Virus record (IMG/VR): IMGVR_UViG_3300030376_001422
Location: 1 to 33,950 of that record
Source: a virus
Taxonomy: Duplodnaviria; Caudoviricetes
Strand: one strand, 5' to 3'
Length of the DNA: 33,950 nt
Position numbers and translations under genes: made by a program. Positions 1-10,763 of the stretch are shown here, in pieces; the first letter of the stretch is position 1; each line of letters starts with the position of its first letter. The notes under the pieces are model-generated. The model had not been told where the DNA came from. It made no database searches and saw only the letters and a program-made list of their open reading frames with translations.

Positions 1-148
1 CTCTTTCATTAATACTATTGTCGTCTGTTTTTAATCTTTTTTGAATGTATTGTTTTTCTTGAGGGTCGTACCTAAATATAAAAGGATGTTCCCTATAATG
101 ATTTCTAAATATATTTTCTAACTCACTTCTGTTTTCAAGAATATATTG
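1..148. repeat. Terminal direct overlap (copy 1), marks circular/complete contig
   Basis: 1-148 is identical to 33803-33950 except G68 vs A33870. Confidence 0.97.
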
Positions 149-1720
149 TCTATCCCATATTCTAGGATAGAACCTTTCTCTTCTTCTAGCATATCTTCCT
201 GTCATTGTAGCCATAGAAGGGTCATCACTTGAAAATGCTGTTCTAGTTCTTTTTAAAGACTCAATATCTTTTTCTAATTTAATAATATATTCTTTTTCAA
301 ATCCATTTGCGATTCTATTATTGGTATCCTGATTTCTTTTAACTGACCTTAATTCAGTATCTAGTCTTGCTAATTGCCTATCAACTTGGTCAACGTTTCT
401 TATTATTAAATCTTGCTCCTCAAGCCTATTACCCCAAGGGTCAAAGAAGTCATCAAGTATTTTTATGCCTCTTCTGTCTATATCTGTAAGTTCATCAACA
501 ACATTATCAGCATCTTGACGCATCCTTTTTGTACTCAAGTCAGAAACAAATTCATCAAACTCTTTTCTAAAAAAGAATAAATCCATTTTAGTTTCTATAG
601 GTACGCCTTTTCCTGTTGCCTCTCCGTATAATTCTAATAACTTTTTATAAGAACCAACCCATTCTCCTTCGTATGTAGACGCTTCTATAAATACAGGTGT
701 TTCAGATTTCCCACCATATTTATTAATCCCTATCATTGTACCTAAATCACCTGCTATATCTAACATAGCTTTCTTTTGGCTTTGGATATAATCACCTTGT
801 AATGTTACTTTTACTGGAGTTGGCATAGCTTTATAAATCCAAGAATTAGTAAAGGCATTTTCCACTAAGTCATAAGGTTGCCATTTTTCAGGAAGTGTTT
901 TCTCAACCTCCCTCATGGCTCTTTCTATTCTTATTTGCTCTATAGCCTCATAAGCTGAAGGAGTATCATTACCTCTCATGTTTGATTCAATTCTAACTAA
1001 ATCTTCTTCTGAGGCTTTACCAAAAGTTCTCATAGGATTTTCGCTTTGCTTTAAAAGACCTATATGTGTTTGAGGTATGGTATCTGTTATTTGACCTGCA
1101 AACTCACGCAACTCCTGTTCAGTTCTTAACATTGCATTTGTTCGTATTGTAATAGGTACAGAAACTAAAGAACCTATTGCTCCACCAAGAACTCCTGCCG
1201 CACCTATATTTAAACCAACCTCTCCCCAAGTAGAAGTAGGGTCAAACGGATGGCGTAATGTTTCAGCTACAGCTTGTCCACCTGCAACACCAAGACCTGC
1301 TCTAAGAAAAGACTTACCTATTCCATAAGCAGGACCACCAAGAGGTAAGGCAATAAGATTAATTGGGTCAAACAATGCCGCACCAAATTGTGCAAAGAGA
1401 CTAGAATTATGAAGAATCTTTCTATTGTCCTCGTATCCGTCAATCTGACGTTTAAGTTCATTCATGTGAGATTTGCTTTTTGCATGAACCAAATCGTCTT
1501 GATACATTTCATAACCCTGTACGTCATGCAGAGGATTGTATGAATGGTCTATTTCTTTTGTAAATTGATTCCTAATTTTATTAAATGAAGGCGACCATTG
1601 GTATCTTAAACTAGCACCAACAGTCTCAAAGAATGTAGGGTCAGGCTGATAATTGCCGTCAGAGAATGGAGAAATAACTTGTGTCCAATCTGCATCATAA
1701 TTGTCGAATCTATATTCCAT
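1..1720 (-). CDS. Large internal virion (ejection) protein, N-terminal part; continues across the junction into 33802..32157 (about 1121 aa total), T7 gp16-like position
   Basis: ATG at 1720 overlaps the upstream TAA (TAATG); reads MEYRFDNYDADWTQ... with Gly/Ala-rich hydrophobic segments; 1720+1646 nt = 1122 codons, in frame with the 32157..33644 ORF (middle only spot-checked for stops). Confidence 0.8.
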   Translation of the reverse strand, partial: MEYRFDNYDADWTQVISPFSDGNYQPDPTFFETVGASLRYQWSPSFNKIRNQFTKEIDHSYNPLHDVQGYEMYQDDLVHAKSKSHMNELKRQIDGYEDNRKILHNSSLFAQFGAALFDPINLIALPLGGPAYGIGKSFLRAGLGVAGGQAVAETLRHPFDPTSTWGEVGLNIGAAGVLGGAIGSLVSVPITIRTNAMLRTEQELREFAGQITDTIPQTHIGLLKQSENPMRTFGKASEEDLVRIESNMRGNDTPSAYEAIEQIRIERAMREVEKTLPEKWQPYDLVENAFTNSWIYKAMPTPVKVTLQGDYIQSQKKAMLDIAGDLGTMIGINKYGGKSETPVFIEASTYEGEWVGSYKKLLELYGEATGKGVPIETKMDLFFFRKEFDEFVSDLSTKRMRQDADNVVDELTDIDRRGIKILDDFFDPWGNRLEEQDLIIRNVDQVDRQLARLDTELRSVKRNQDTNNRIANGFEKEYIIKLEKDIESLKRTRTAFSSDDPSMATMTGRYARRRERFYPRIWDRQYILENRSELENIFRNHYREHPFIFRYDPQEKQYIQKRLKTDDNSINER

Positions 1721-4626
1721 TAATTCTCTGGCTCATTTAATCTGTTTAGAAAATCTTTAATATGATATTGAAGATGTATTGGATTCCCATCAGGACCTTC
1801 AATAAAAATTGGCTCTAAAGTATTATTCTCGTCAATCCCATAAGCCATATATAGTATATTGCCTGTGTAACTTAAGTCTGTTCGATTCATTGAAGTGTCA
1901 CTTATTTCGTGAGCAACTAATATAGCTTTCTTAGGGCCACCTTTAACTCTGGATATTGCATCACGACTTAACAAACCTAAAGGATTAACAGTAGTATCTG
2001 TTAAAGGTATAGCTATATCAGGCAAATCTTCAATTTCATCACGACCTTTCTTTTCTGGAAAGAATGACCATTCGCCTTTTGTTGCAGAATAAATTCCTTC
2101 ATCTGCATCATATTCTGAGAATATATTAAAAGCCTGTCGTTGTTCGTCAGTAGTAAGAATTTTATTTAAAGACATATAACTTATTGAATCACCATCTCCG
2201 CTATAAGAATCCATATCAAGTAAAGATATAACTGGTACTGTTCCAGATGAATCTACAAAAAATTCTTCCTTTAAATCATTCAGCCAATTTATAACATTAT
2301 CTGGCCTGTTGCCTCCTACTGCCTGTCTACCTACTGCATAGTATTCTACAGAATTACCTACAATATGCCTAGCCGCAGGACTGCCTTGAAAATAATGGTC
2401 GACAACCGCTTCTAACAATGCAAATCCTGATTTATCGCCACCATTAAAATTAGAAACATCTTGAAACCAACCACCATATCCATCAAAACTTCCCTTAGGA
2501 TAATGTTGCTCTGCTAATTTTCTCGTTTCAGCACTATCTGCTTTGTTAATAAAAGTAATTATTTCAGGAAAAGTTCTTTTATCATCCCCATAAATTTTAG
2601 TTATACTATTAACAGCATGATACTTTCTCATGGTATCTTTCATATCTCCATCATCATTCCAAGAGTGGTATCTACCACCGCTTTGATTTTGTGAATATGT
2701 TCTATTTATAAACTGAATAGCATTATAAATTTTTTCAGGTGTAGATGACCGACCTCCTAAGAAAGATGCTTTAATAGAGTTTTTAACTGAAGAAGGCACA
2801 AAACCTTTTCGTACTGCGTCAACTACTCTATTATAATATTCACTTTCTCCATGAACTTCAGGATTATATTCTAAGAAGAAATCACCATTCTCATATCCTT
2901 TCTGTAAGAGAGGAGCTATTTTATCATTCTTTAAATCATTAGCACTTAACTCAAGGAAATGATTATTAAGAGCATCTAAATGTTTTTCTGACCAACCCTG
3001 ACCATGACCACCAGTATTAAAAGAAGCAAGTATTTGACCTGCATAATCTACTCCTGTACTAACACCTTGGTCTATATCAATACCTAAAGCACCAATTCTT
3101 TCAGAAATTTTATATCTAGCATCTTGAGATAATTCTTGAATATCTTTATTCTTTGCTAATTGCTGAACTGCCTTTGGCAAAGCCTTAAAATCTTTTGCTC
3201 TAAACTCAGGAACTTCACCATTATTATTTAGAACAAGTGCGGCAAGTTTAATACCATCACCACTAACATTTGATTTAGCCATTACTCTTGTAATGTTTGT
3301 AGCTAAACTATTGTGCAGTTCATTTCTAAAGTTATTAAATTTATCTTGAGTAAGCCTTAATGCGTTAGTAGTTCCTATTCTTGTATTATTAGCAACTTCC
3401 ATTTCGTTTATTAAATCTTTTATATCTCTAGCTGAACTTGCTATATCTTGAACAGATTGTGCTGACTCTAAATTAACTTCTATTTGTTCTGCAATTCCTG
3501 TAAAAGTTTCTATATCAGCATAAGCATTTCTAGTCTCTTCATCATTAGACTCTACTTCTTGTCTATTTTTTAAACTTCTTTCTTCAGCTTCAAGAGCATC
3601 CATAAGGCTGTCTGATTGATTTACAGACTTTAATAAAGCATCTCTTGAATTTGTTTTATTTGCAGTTTTAAGTATAGAAGCAAATGCCTCCTGTATATCA
3701 ACTTCATTTCCATCAACACTTATAGTTCCAGTAGGAAACATATCTGGTCTGTTTTGGAAAATAGCCTGTTGAACTTCATCTCTTGCAATGCTTACATTTC
3801 CATCAATAGAGCCTAATATTCTTTTTGCAATTTCCGCATTAGCAGATGCTAAGAACTGTTCAGACAATAAAGTTTCATTTAATATTCTTTCCTGACCTAC
3901 ACCTAAATCTTTAAATAATTTTCTATTATTACTGATAGTTTCTTCAATAAGTTCTGGGAGTTCAGTAGTTAAAAGGTTTCCTATATTTTCAGTAGAGAAA
4001 TCCAAACTAGCCTGTGAAACAAATCCCAATATAGAATCAGACATTTTACTAACAGTATCACTTAAAAGAACTTCTCTTTCTTTTTGTGCTAATCTATTTG
4101 CTTCATCTATAGCTACAGCTTTACCCTGTGCTATAATAGCAAAACCTATTTCACTTAATGCTCCTTGCTGTTCCCCATCAAAGTTTTGAAAAGCAGACTC
4201 AAGGTAAGATGTCATAGACTGTTCATAGCCTTGAGGATTGGCTCTATTAGCAATAGATAGTTCTTGAGATTTTCCTTTTAATTCTATCTCAAAAAGATTC
4301 ATTGCCCTTTTGTTAACATAGGGTTCAAATGTATCCTGATAAACTGTGCCTCTACGTTCTTTAGCACTACCTATAATATCTTTTAAAGTATTTCTGTATT
4401 TACCTGTAACTGGGTCCTGAACAACTAATTCTTTTGCTGTTAAAGATAGGGCATCTCTTTTAGCATCTCTTTGAGAATTTTCTGCCGCCGCTTTGTAAGC
4501 CGCATTAGAGAAGTTCATTGCTACATTTGCCATAGTTTGCTTTGAACTTGCAACGCTCATGTCTGCTCGGTTTACTCCGATAGTTCTTCTGCCTACCTGA
4601 CGTTTACCTTTTAAAAGCTCAACCAT
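1720..4626 (-). CDS. Internal virion protein (T7 gp15-like position), 968 aa
   Basis: Large helical protein between the small internal protein and the largest one; assigned by synteny. Confidence 0.65.
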   Translation of the reverse strand: MVELLKGKRQVGRRTIGVNRADMSVASSKQTMANVAMNFSNAAYKAAAENSQRDAKRDALSLTAKELVVQDPVTGKYRNTLKDIIGSAKERRGTVYQDTFEPYVNKRAMNLFEIELKGKSQELSIANRANPQGYEQSMTSYLESAFQNFDGEQQGALSEIGFAIIAQGKAVAIDEANRLAQKEREVLLSDTVSKMSDSILGFVSQASLDFSTENIGNLLTTELPELIEETISNNRKLFKDLGVGQERILNETLLSEQFLASANAEIAKRILGSIDGNVSIARDEVQQAIFQNRPDMFPTGTISVDGNEVDIQEAFASILKTANKTNSRDALLKSVNQSDSLMDALEAEERSLKNRQEVESNDEETRNAYADIETFTGIAEQIEVNLESAQSVQDIASSARDIKDLINEMEVANNTRIGTTNALRLTQDKFNNFRNELHNSLATNITRVMAKSNVSGDGIKLAALVLNNNGEVPEFRAKDFKALPKAVQQLAKNKDIQELSQDARYKISERIGALGIDIDQGVSTGVDYAGQILASFNTGGHGQGWSEKHLDALNNHFLELSANDLKNDKIAPLLQKGYENGDFFLEYNPEVHGESEYYNRVVDAVRKGFVPSSVKNSIKASFLGGRSSTPEKIYNAIQFINRTYSQNQSGGRYHSWNDDGDMKDTMRKYHAVNSITKIYGDDKRTFPEIITFINKADSAETRKLAEQHYPKGSFDGYGGWFQDVSNFNGGDKSGFALLEAVVDHYFQGSPAARHIVGNSVEYYAVGRQAVGGNRPDNVINWLNDLKEEFFVDSSGTVPVISLLDMDSYSGDGDSISYMSLNKILTTDEQRQAFNIFSEYDADEGIYSATKGEWSFFPEKKGRDEIEDLPDIAIPLTDTTVNPLGLLSRDAISRVKGGPKKAILVAHEISDTSMNRTDLSYTGNILYMAYGIDENNTLEPIFIEGPDGNPIHLQYHIKDFLNRLNEPEN

Positions 4627-5087
4627 TATCTTACCTTAGAAAAGTTTGTTAGTCCGTTAAAGACAGTAGACATAGCTTGCATATTTGAGGCTTGCCTAGC
4701 GGCAATACCTTTTCGTGTAGACTCTCTTGCTAAGTCTCCATATCTCTGACCTTGAACAAAGTATTGAAAATCTGAGATATTCATATCTTCTTCAGCCATT
4801 CTTTTTGTTTTTTCTTTTAATGCCTTTAAGGACCTATCACTCGCATCTCTTCCCAATATAGCTGAGATAGCTATGTTAGTATCAATTACACTTTGTAAAT
4901 CAGCTAACCTTCTTAAATGATTGTCTGCCGCTTCCAAAGTATTAGATTGCTGTGCCTGTTTATATTCCTTTGATTCCCTATCATACTGTGCTTGCTGTTC
5001 ACGACCTGCATCTATAGTCTGCTTGGCACTAAAAAGTGTACCTGCAAGACCAAGTATAGGATTAATACCTGCTAAAAAATTAAACAT
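4626..5087 (-). CDS. Small internal virion protein (T7 gp14-like position)
   Basis: Hydrophobic Gly/Ala N-terminus then Ala/Gln-rich coiled coil; follows tail tubular B. Confidence 0.65.
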   Translation of the reverse strand: MFNFLAGINPILGLAGTLFSAKQTIDAGREQQAQYDRESKEYKQAQQSNTLEAADNHLRRLADLQSVIDTNIAISAILGRDASDRSLKALKEKTKRMAEEDMNISDFQYFVQGQRYGDLARESTRKGIAARQASNMQAMSTVFNGLTNFSKVR

Positions 5088-7697
5088 CTAAAACGAAACC
5101 TCCGCTATTATGCTATTAACCTGCAATGGTAATGGTGCAGATTGGCTAATAGATACCTGTGGGTCTTTGCTATATCCCAATAATCTAAATTCCTTCTTAC
5201 CAGTAACCGCAGTTCTAGGTAAACTCAAGTCATCTGTTACCTGTCTAATAATTAAATCTTTAGAATTAACTGATACAGATAAAGTACTGTTCAAATCAAG
5301 GGTAACTTTAGTTATACTTCTCGGCTCTCCAGTTAAAGGACCATCACCAACCACAGCATCAATAGGATTAGTTTTTAAATTAACATCAAAAGACAAACCA
5401 ATTTCAGCAGAGATTAAAGAATTATCTACAGCAGATACATCAATATTGCCACCACTAACAGTAAACTTACCAAGATAATCTGTGCCAGAAATAACATCAA
5501 GAATAGCACCATTATCGAAATCAGAAGAAACACTAAACACTCCTGCACTTCCTGTAAATACAGTAGATAAGTCTGTATTCTTTTCGCTATTAAATTCACA
5601 AAGTACATACTTACTTGTACCTGCTCCTTTATCTACAGCAACAACAACATATACTCTAGTATCTATTGTGCATATTGAATGAAAAGAACCTTGCATTGTA
5701 AACTGTGACCAACCTGCTCTTTTTTCCATACGATTAGAATTAAATACAGACATTGTTCCATCTGCATCTACCACAAAGATATAGCTTTCTGCCCTATCTA
5801 TAGCACCAGTAAGAGTAGTCATCTGTATTGGTTGCTTAATTAAATGGGAAGAAAGCATAGAAATTGCCTGTGCAGTATAAGCATCTTCTGAATCAGTAAA
5901 TAGAAACTCTCTAATAATATCACCTGACGATTGAACATATATTGTAGCACCATCAAAAACCTGAGGTCTAACATGAGAAGCACCAAACGGAGTTTCTCTT
6001 TTTATCTGTGCATTTGCAGGTGTAGTAGGTCTTTCGGAAAAAGAAGGTATAGTCATCTCAGAAGTAGAGGTAAAGATTTGTAAATCTCTGTTTGATACCA
6101 TGTGCCTTATGCTGTTAATCTCACCAATACTCGCTGTTAAATCTAAGGCATCATTATCATCTGCATCACCAACATCAAAATTAAAATAAACTCCTGTCTT
6201 ACTCCCCCACATTCCATCTGGTTGAGAAGCAGTACCACCAAACCACAATCTATTTTGATGAAAGGCAACCGCCGCAGGATACCCTCTTAATGCAGAAAAG
6301 GATTGTTCACTCCATTCTATGTTTGCCGCATGAGTTTCTACTGTAGGAGTTCCACCTCCTGCTGAAGCAGAAGTTGCATTAGCCGCCGCATCAAAGGTAT
6401 ATTGATTTTCATTTACCACTTCACCTACTGTACGAGAACCATTTATATTAGTTCTAGCTATACCTCCTACTGCTGAAGCATTAGCAATAGTAATAGCATC
6501 ACTAGCACTAAACCCATGATTTGCCTGTGTAACCAGAATGGTCGCTACCCCTTCTGTAGTTCTAAAAGAATCTATCTCTAATCTTTTCTTTAGTGTTCCA
6601 TATATAGTTGCTGTTGCTGATGTCGCAGATTGGACGCTTGTAATTTTAATTTCAGCACTACTGTATCTAAGAGTAATATTTTTATGCAAAGAATCAGGAT
6701 ATTCAGAACCATTACTAGAACCTGTAACATCAAAATAATTAGCACTTGTTACTATTGTCTTACTGCTTCCAGAAGTAGCATTAGGATTTAATGTAACTCC
6801 TGTACTTTGGAATGAATGATAAGGTTGATGTATTAATGTTCCTGCTGAATTTCCATCAAAAGAAAAGTTATCTACTTGGAATGTACTTAAACTTGTACGA
6901 ACAAGCATCATAGGAGCAAATGTTTGATGACATAAAAACATTGTGTCACCTGCTTGTGCGTATGTAAGTTCATGGATATTTGTATTAGTTATAGGAAGTG
7001 CCGCACTATCTACATCTTGTGTTACTGTAGACACTAAAGATACTGCGTTTGTAGTAGGGTTAATATAAAAAACTCTTATCTTTAAGTTCTCAAGAGAAAC
7101 AATATATCTTTCATCATCTGAAAATACAAAAGGAACTAACCTATGTTGCTGTGTACTTGTAGTTCCGAAGTTTGTAACAGTTAATCTAGTAGTATCAGTA
7201 GATGTAACCGCAAGATTTTTACCATGATAAGGGTCATCTCTTGTAACTGTAACAACAGCCGCAGAAGGATTAGCTACTGTAAATCCACTTATAGCATTAA
7301 TAGCCGTATAAATATTATCAGCCGTTGTATTGTTATCTGTATTTGCTCTAACGTAATGTGTATTTCCTGATGAAGAACTTGGAGAAGAACCACCTGCCGT
7401 TTCAAACTCAAGGGTAATTAATGTGCCATCACCTTTATAAAACCTAATTCTTGAACCTACAATTATATTGGCATAATCGGAAACAGTAATAGTAAAAGAT
7501 GCTTCCTCAAATGTAGTATCAAATTCATAAATATGTTCTAATCCTGCTCGTTTAATAACACCACCTTCTGCTCGCAAGAATAAATTCTCTACCTTTTGTG
7601 CAGACTGTGCGTATACAGCCGAATCAGTTCTTGATATTAAAGAAGGACTTACTTCACCAAATTGAAAGTTACTAATAGGAATTTTCACTTTTCTCAT
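5088..7697 (-). CDS. Tail tubular protein B / nozzle (T7 gp12-like)
   Basis: N-terminal NFQFGEVSP, G-V-KRAG motif, GYPAAVAFHQNRLWFGG, beta-propeller-like composition. Confidence 0.9.
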   Translation of the reverse strand: MRKVKIPISNFQFGEVSPSLISRTDSAVYAQSAQKVENLFLRAEGGVIKRAGLEHIYEFDTTFEEASFTITVSDYANIIVGSRIRFYKGDGTLITLEFETAGGSSPSSSSGNTHYVRANTDNNTTADNIYTAINAISGFTVANPSAAVVTVTRDDPYHGKNLAVTSTDTTRLTVTNFGTTSTQQHRLVPFVFSDDERYIVSLENLKIRVFYINPTTNAVSLVSTVTQDVDSAALPITNTNIHELTYAQAGDTMFLCHQTFAPMMLVRTSLSTFQVDNFSFDGNSAGTLIHQPYHSFQSTGVTLNPNATSGSSKTIVTSANYFDVTGSSNGSEYPDSLHKNITLRYSSAEIKITSVQSATSATATIYGTLKKRLEIDSFRTTEGVATILVTQANHGFSASDAITIANASAVGGIARTNINGSRTVGEVVNENQYTFDAAANATSASAGGGTPTVETHAANIEWSEQSFSALRGYPAAVAFHQNRLWFGGTASQPDGMWGSKTGVYFNFDVGDADDNDALDLTASIGEINSIRHMVSNRDLQIFTSTSEMTIPSFSERPTTPANAQIKRETPFGASHVRPQVFDGATIYVQSSGDIIREFLFTDSEDAYTAQAISMLSSHLIKQPIQMTTLTGAIDRAESYIFVVDADGTMSVFNSNRMEKRAGWSQFTMQGSFHSICTIDTRVYVVVAVDKGAGTSKYVLCEFNSEKNTDLSTVFTGSAGVFSVSSDFDNGAILDVISGTDYLGKFTVSGGNIDVSAVDNSLISAEIGLSFDVNLKTNPIDAVVGDGPLTGEPRSITKVTLDLNSTLSVSVNSKDLIIRQVTDDLSLPRTAVTGKKEFRLLGYSKDPQVSISQSAPLPLQVNSIIAEVSF

Positions 7698-8287
7698 TAG
7701 CTTCGCCTTTCAGTAAGAAACCTCGTTTGAGTAAGTGTTCTAGTTGTTTGCTGTTGTGAGTCTACGCTTCTGGCTTTAAGCATTGCATTGTTTGCTAAGA
7801 CAGCCATTTGTTCTCCAAGACCTGCATCTCTAGCTACAGATACAGCAAAAACATTAGCTAAAGAATAGATAACAGCAATATTGAAATGAGGAGGAAAGTT
7901 TTGTTCTGATGCTCTGTATGTGTAGTCACATATTACAGTATCAGAATCAGCAGTATCCGCATAAGCCATATCTCCATATAGCTGATAAGCTATAACATTA
8001 TCATTTACAGTAAGTGCATGAACCATAAGGCTATCAGTTGGTAACTGATAAGCATTATCATACCTTCCTGTTGGTGCGTCTGTTAATAGATTAAGCTGTG
8101 TTTGGTTGGTAGCAAATCTCCACCTTGTATTAACAAGGGCAGACCTAACAATATCTTCGTACATATTAACAGCAACAAGAGCTTCAGTTGTTCCATCTGC
8201 AAAAGATGTAATTGGTTCTGCACCAATTAAAATAAGACCCCTTGAGCAGAGGTCTACGGCACTATCTGAATGTGTACTATCTACCAT
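7697..8287 (-). CDS. Tail tubular protein A / adaptor (T7 gp11-like)
   Basis: CSRGLILIGAEPITSF...WRFAT...YQLPTD motif, 196 aa, position after the capsid genes. Confidence 0.88.
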   Translation of the reverse strand: MVDSTHSDSAVDLCSRGLILIGAEPITSFADGTTEALVAVNMYEDIVRSALVNTRWRFATNQTQLNLLTDAPTGRYDNAYQLPTDSLMVHALTVNDNVIAYQLYGDMAYADTADSDTVICDYTYRASEQNFPPHFNIAVIYSLANVFAVSVARDAGLGEQMAVLANNAMLKARSVDSQQQTTRTLTQTRFLTERRS

Positions 8288-8294
8288 GTTGGTG

Positions 8295-8314
8295 TAGGGG
8301 GATTGCTCCCCCTA
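8295..8314 (-). terminator. 8-bp hairpin with GCAA tetraloop (minus strand) after the capsid genes; pause, processing or attenuation site
   Basis: TAGGGGGA-TTGC-TCCCCCTA; no U-tract, so not a canonical intrinsic terminator. Confidence 0.5.
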
Positions 8315-8318
8315 TTCC

Positions 8319-8582
8319 TTAGTCTGAGTCAGAAACTGTTAATGCTGTACCATCAGCAATGTCAACGACAGAGCCAGTATTAGACAGCACGACAGAGATG
8401 CCCATAGTTGGAGCGTCACTATCGTAAACGAAAATTACGTCACCAACATTCATCATTCCTGCGGCATCATTAAAATAACCTGACACACGAACAGCAGTTA
8501 AAGCGTCTGTTGAATCATAAAACCAAATGTTATGACCACCACCTCCTGCCATGCGAGTTAATCCAGCTGAACCATAAGCCAT
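8319..8582 (-). CDS. Putative capsid decoration/minor head protein
   Basis: 87 aa beta-rich protein directly after the MCP, strong RBS (AAGGAG). Confidence 0.55.
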   Translation of the reverse strand: MAYGSAGLTRMAGGGGHNIWFYDSTDALTAVRVSGYFNDAAGMMNVGDVIFVYDSDAPTMGISVVLSNTGSVVDIADGTALTVSDSD

Positions 8583-8596
8583 ATCAAATCTCCTTA

Positions 8597-9409
8597 TTAG
8601 TTATTATCAAGGACTTCATAGATACCATTTGCGTCTATAACGGCGGCACCCATTGACATCATTGATGTGGTTAAATGTGAGACTTTTTCTGCTACATAGT
8701 TTACTTCTGTAGATACATCTTTACCTACTCCTAAACCTACAGCAGACGTATGATAAGCCATGTTCTTACCTGCGGTCACAGCAGAAGTTGAGAATACTTT
8801 GAAACTCAAGAACTCTTTCATTGTGATACCACCTGCATACGGCAGGTTAGCAGGACCAACATAATCAGCACTTGCAAACTCATTGATAGCAAACAAATCT
8901 GCAAAACCTTTTGGGTGCATTGCAAGATAACGACCACCATCTTCTGGCATATCAGCAGTACCCACAGTCTCAAACAATGAAAGCAAGTCAGCTTTTTCAA
9001 GAGCAGAACTTGTGTCATGTATCTGAGTACCACTAGCACCTGCATCCATAGCAGTAATAAGTAGTTCGTCAGTCTTACGACCTAGAGCCGCCGCCGCAGA
9101 TTGTGCTACAGCTTGACGTTCATTAATGTTGGTTTTCAATTCGTCTAACTTATCAATGTATTCAGCCGCATAGTAGTCTGCCATAGTGGCTTCTACTGTG
9201 GTGTGTGCTAATTCCATTGGAGTTACGTTGCCATTTCTGGACTTTGTAGATGCAGAACCAGTTCCGATTTTCTGAAAGCGTACTACGCTACCAGAAACAT
9301 TGCTTACAGTTCGTACAGTATTTCTTAATTTAGAACCCATACGCTGATAAGCCATGTGTACTTCGGACTCGAACTGCTTAATAAAGGCTGTACTTATACT
9401 ATTCGCCAT
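8597..9409 (-). CDS. Major capsid protein (BPP-1 Bbp17/HTVC010P-like family)
   Basis: STAFIKQFESEVHMAYQRMGSKLRNTV...AAAALGRKTD motif; GAGGTG RBS. Confidence 0.9.
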   Translation of the reverse strand: MANSISTAFIKQFESEVHMAYQRMGSKLRNTVRTVSNVSGSVVRFQKIGTGSASTKSRNGNVTPMELAHTTVEATMADYYAAEYIDKLDELKTNINERQAVAQSAAAALGRKTDELLITAMDAGASGTQIHDTSSALEKADLLSLFETVGTADMPEDGGRYLAMHPKGFADLFAINEFASADYVGPANLPYAGGITMKEFLSFKVFSTSAVTAGKNMAYHTSAVGLGVGKDVSTEVNYVAEKVSHLTTSMMSMGAAVIDANGIYEVLDNN

Positions 9410-9496
9410 TATAACACCTCGTTAGTTAAAGTTAATGTTTCAACGTCTAACGATTATCCATTTTGTCACTTCAATTAGATTGTCCCTAAGGGTCTA

Positions 9497-10048
9497 TCAG
9501 TGCATTGTGGGTCTTGACTCGGTATTATAAAAACTATTTTCTTTCACATTGCAATGAAAAAATCGCAAAAACTCGTATTCATTGTGAAAATATGTGTAAT
9601 TATCTAGCTCAAACCCTAACCATTGTATCCAATCTATAGATTTTCTATGGAATTTAGGTATGTAATTCTCAACAATATCAAATGATTCAAGCATCATTCT
9701 CATTACTTTTCGACTATGTTTGTAAAAAGAATACTGAACCTTCTCTATATCTTTAGTTCCAAGAAGCCATATCTGACCTACATTTCTTTCTGTTATATGG
9801 GGAGTAATACCACACATTGCAATAGGAATATCATCTTTTAAGATAGTAAACCCATAAGCATCTTCATCATTAAAGGAAATCATTAATGCTTTAAGTGGCT
9901 CAACCCCACACATATAACATTCACGCATATCTTGAATACGCATATTCTCATAGATAGGCATAACATCTCTCATCTTAGAAGGGCGAAGAATTAAATCGCC
10001 CTCCTTTAAATTAAGAGTTTCTATTGTAGAGGATTTCAAACCCTTCAT
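9497..10048 (-). CDS. GNAT-fold acetyltransferase-like protein (T7 gp13/DUF2833-like)
   Basis: MR.QD.RE, PIAMCG, IWLLGT, N....H.KSIDWIQWLGF motifs. Confidence 0.75.
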   Translation of the reverse strand: MKGLKSSTIETLNLKEGDLILRPSKMRDVMPIYENMRIQDMRECYMCGVEPLKALMISFNDEDAYGFTILKDDIPIAMCGITPHITERNVGQIWLLGTKDIEKVQYSFYKHSRKVMRMMLESFDIVENYIPKFHRKSIDWIQWLGFELDNYTYFHNEYEFLRFFHCNVKENSFYNTESRPTMH

Positions 10049-10763
10049 CTACTTCTTTCACAAAGTTAGGGTCACGCTGACCTTGCTTCCAATACCTTTC
10101 ATCCTTCATCATTTGACGCAATGTATCTTCATCAAGAGTATGAGTAGGTTGTGAATCAATATTACCAGATTCTTGTAAGGCATCTATCATACGTTCAACT
10201 GCACTAACTCCTTGTGCTGTAGAACAAAGCTCTGCTATTTCACCAAACTCTTCTTCTGTAAAAAACTGTTCTGAAAACAATCGAACTGCTTCAAGTCTTT
10301 CTGGTGCATTATCTCCCAATGCTTCCATTTCAGCTTCAGAATCTATTTCCTCACCTCCGACTGCATTTTCAATAGCATCTCTATACATATTTATGCCTTC
10401 TTCAAATTCGTCTTGGGTGTAATTATTTGAATGAGAATGGTTTGCCCACCAGTTTAATAGTTCATTATCAGGTGCTAATGTTTCATCAATGCCGTCTGGC
10501 AATAAATAATCATCAGCACTTTCAGGAACACCTTCAGCAACAGATTCATTCATTTCTTCTAAAAACTTTTCACGAAATCCTTCTTCACCTTCGCTTAGTT
10601 TTCTTTCTAAGCTAGAATAAGATTTAGCAAAATCTTCAGCAGTTTTAAATTTTTCAGGCAACCATTCAGGTCTAATTTCAGATTGGTTATCTTCTGCTAC
10701 TACAAAGTCTCTCTCTTCTTCAGATGTTTCACGTGAAACATTATCTTCCATTTCTTCAGCCAT
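10011..10763 (-). CDS. Capsid scaffolding/assembly protein
   Basis: Very acidic; RPEWLPEKF...AKSYSSLERKL motif; C-terminal M.D.RYW. Confidence 0.85.
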   Translation of the reverse strand: MAEEMEDNVSRETSEEERDFVVAEDNQSEIRPEWLPEKFKTAEDFAKSYSSLERKLSEGEEGFREKFLEEMNESVAEGVPESADDYLLPDGIDETLAPDNELLNWWANHSHSNNYTQDEFEEGINMYRDAIENAVGGEEIDSEAEMEALGDNAPERLEAVRLFSEQFFTEEEFGEIAELCSTAQGVSAVERMIDALQESGNIDSQPTHTLDEDTLRQMMKDERYWKQGQRDPNFVKEVDEGFEILYNRNS

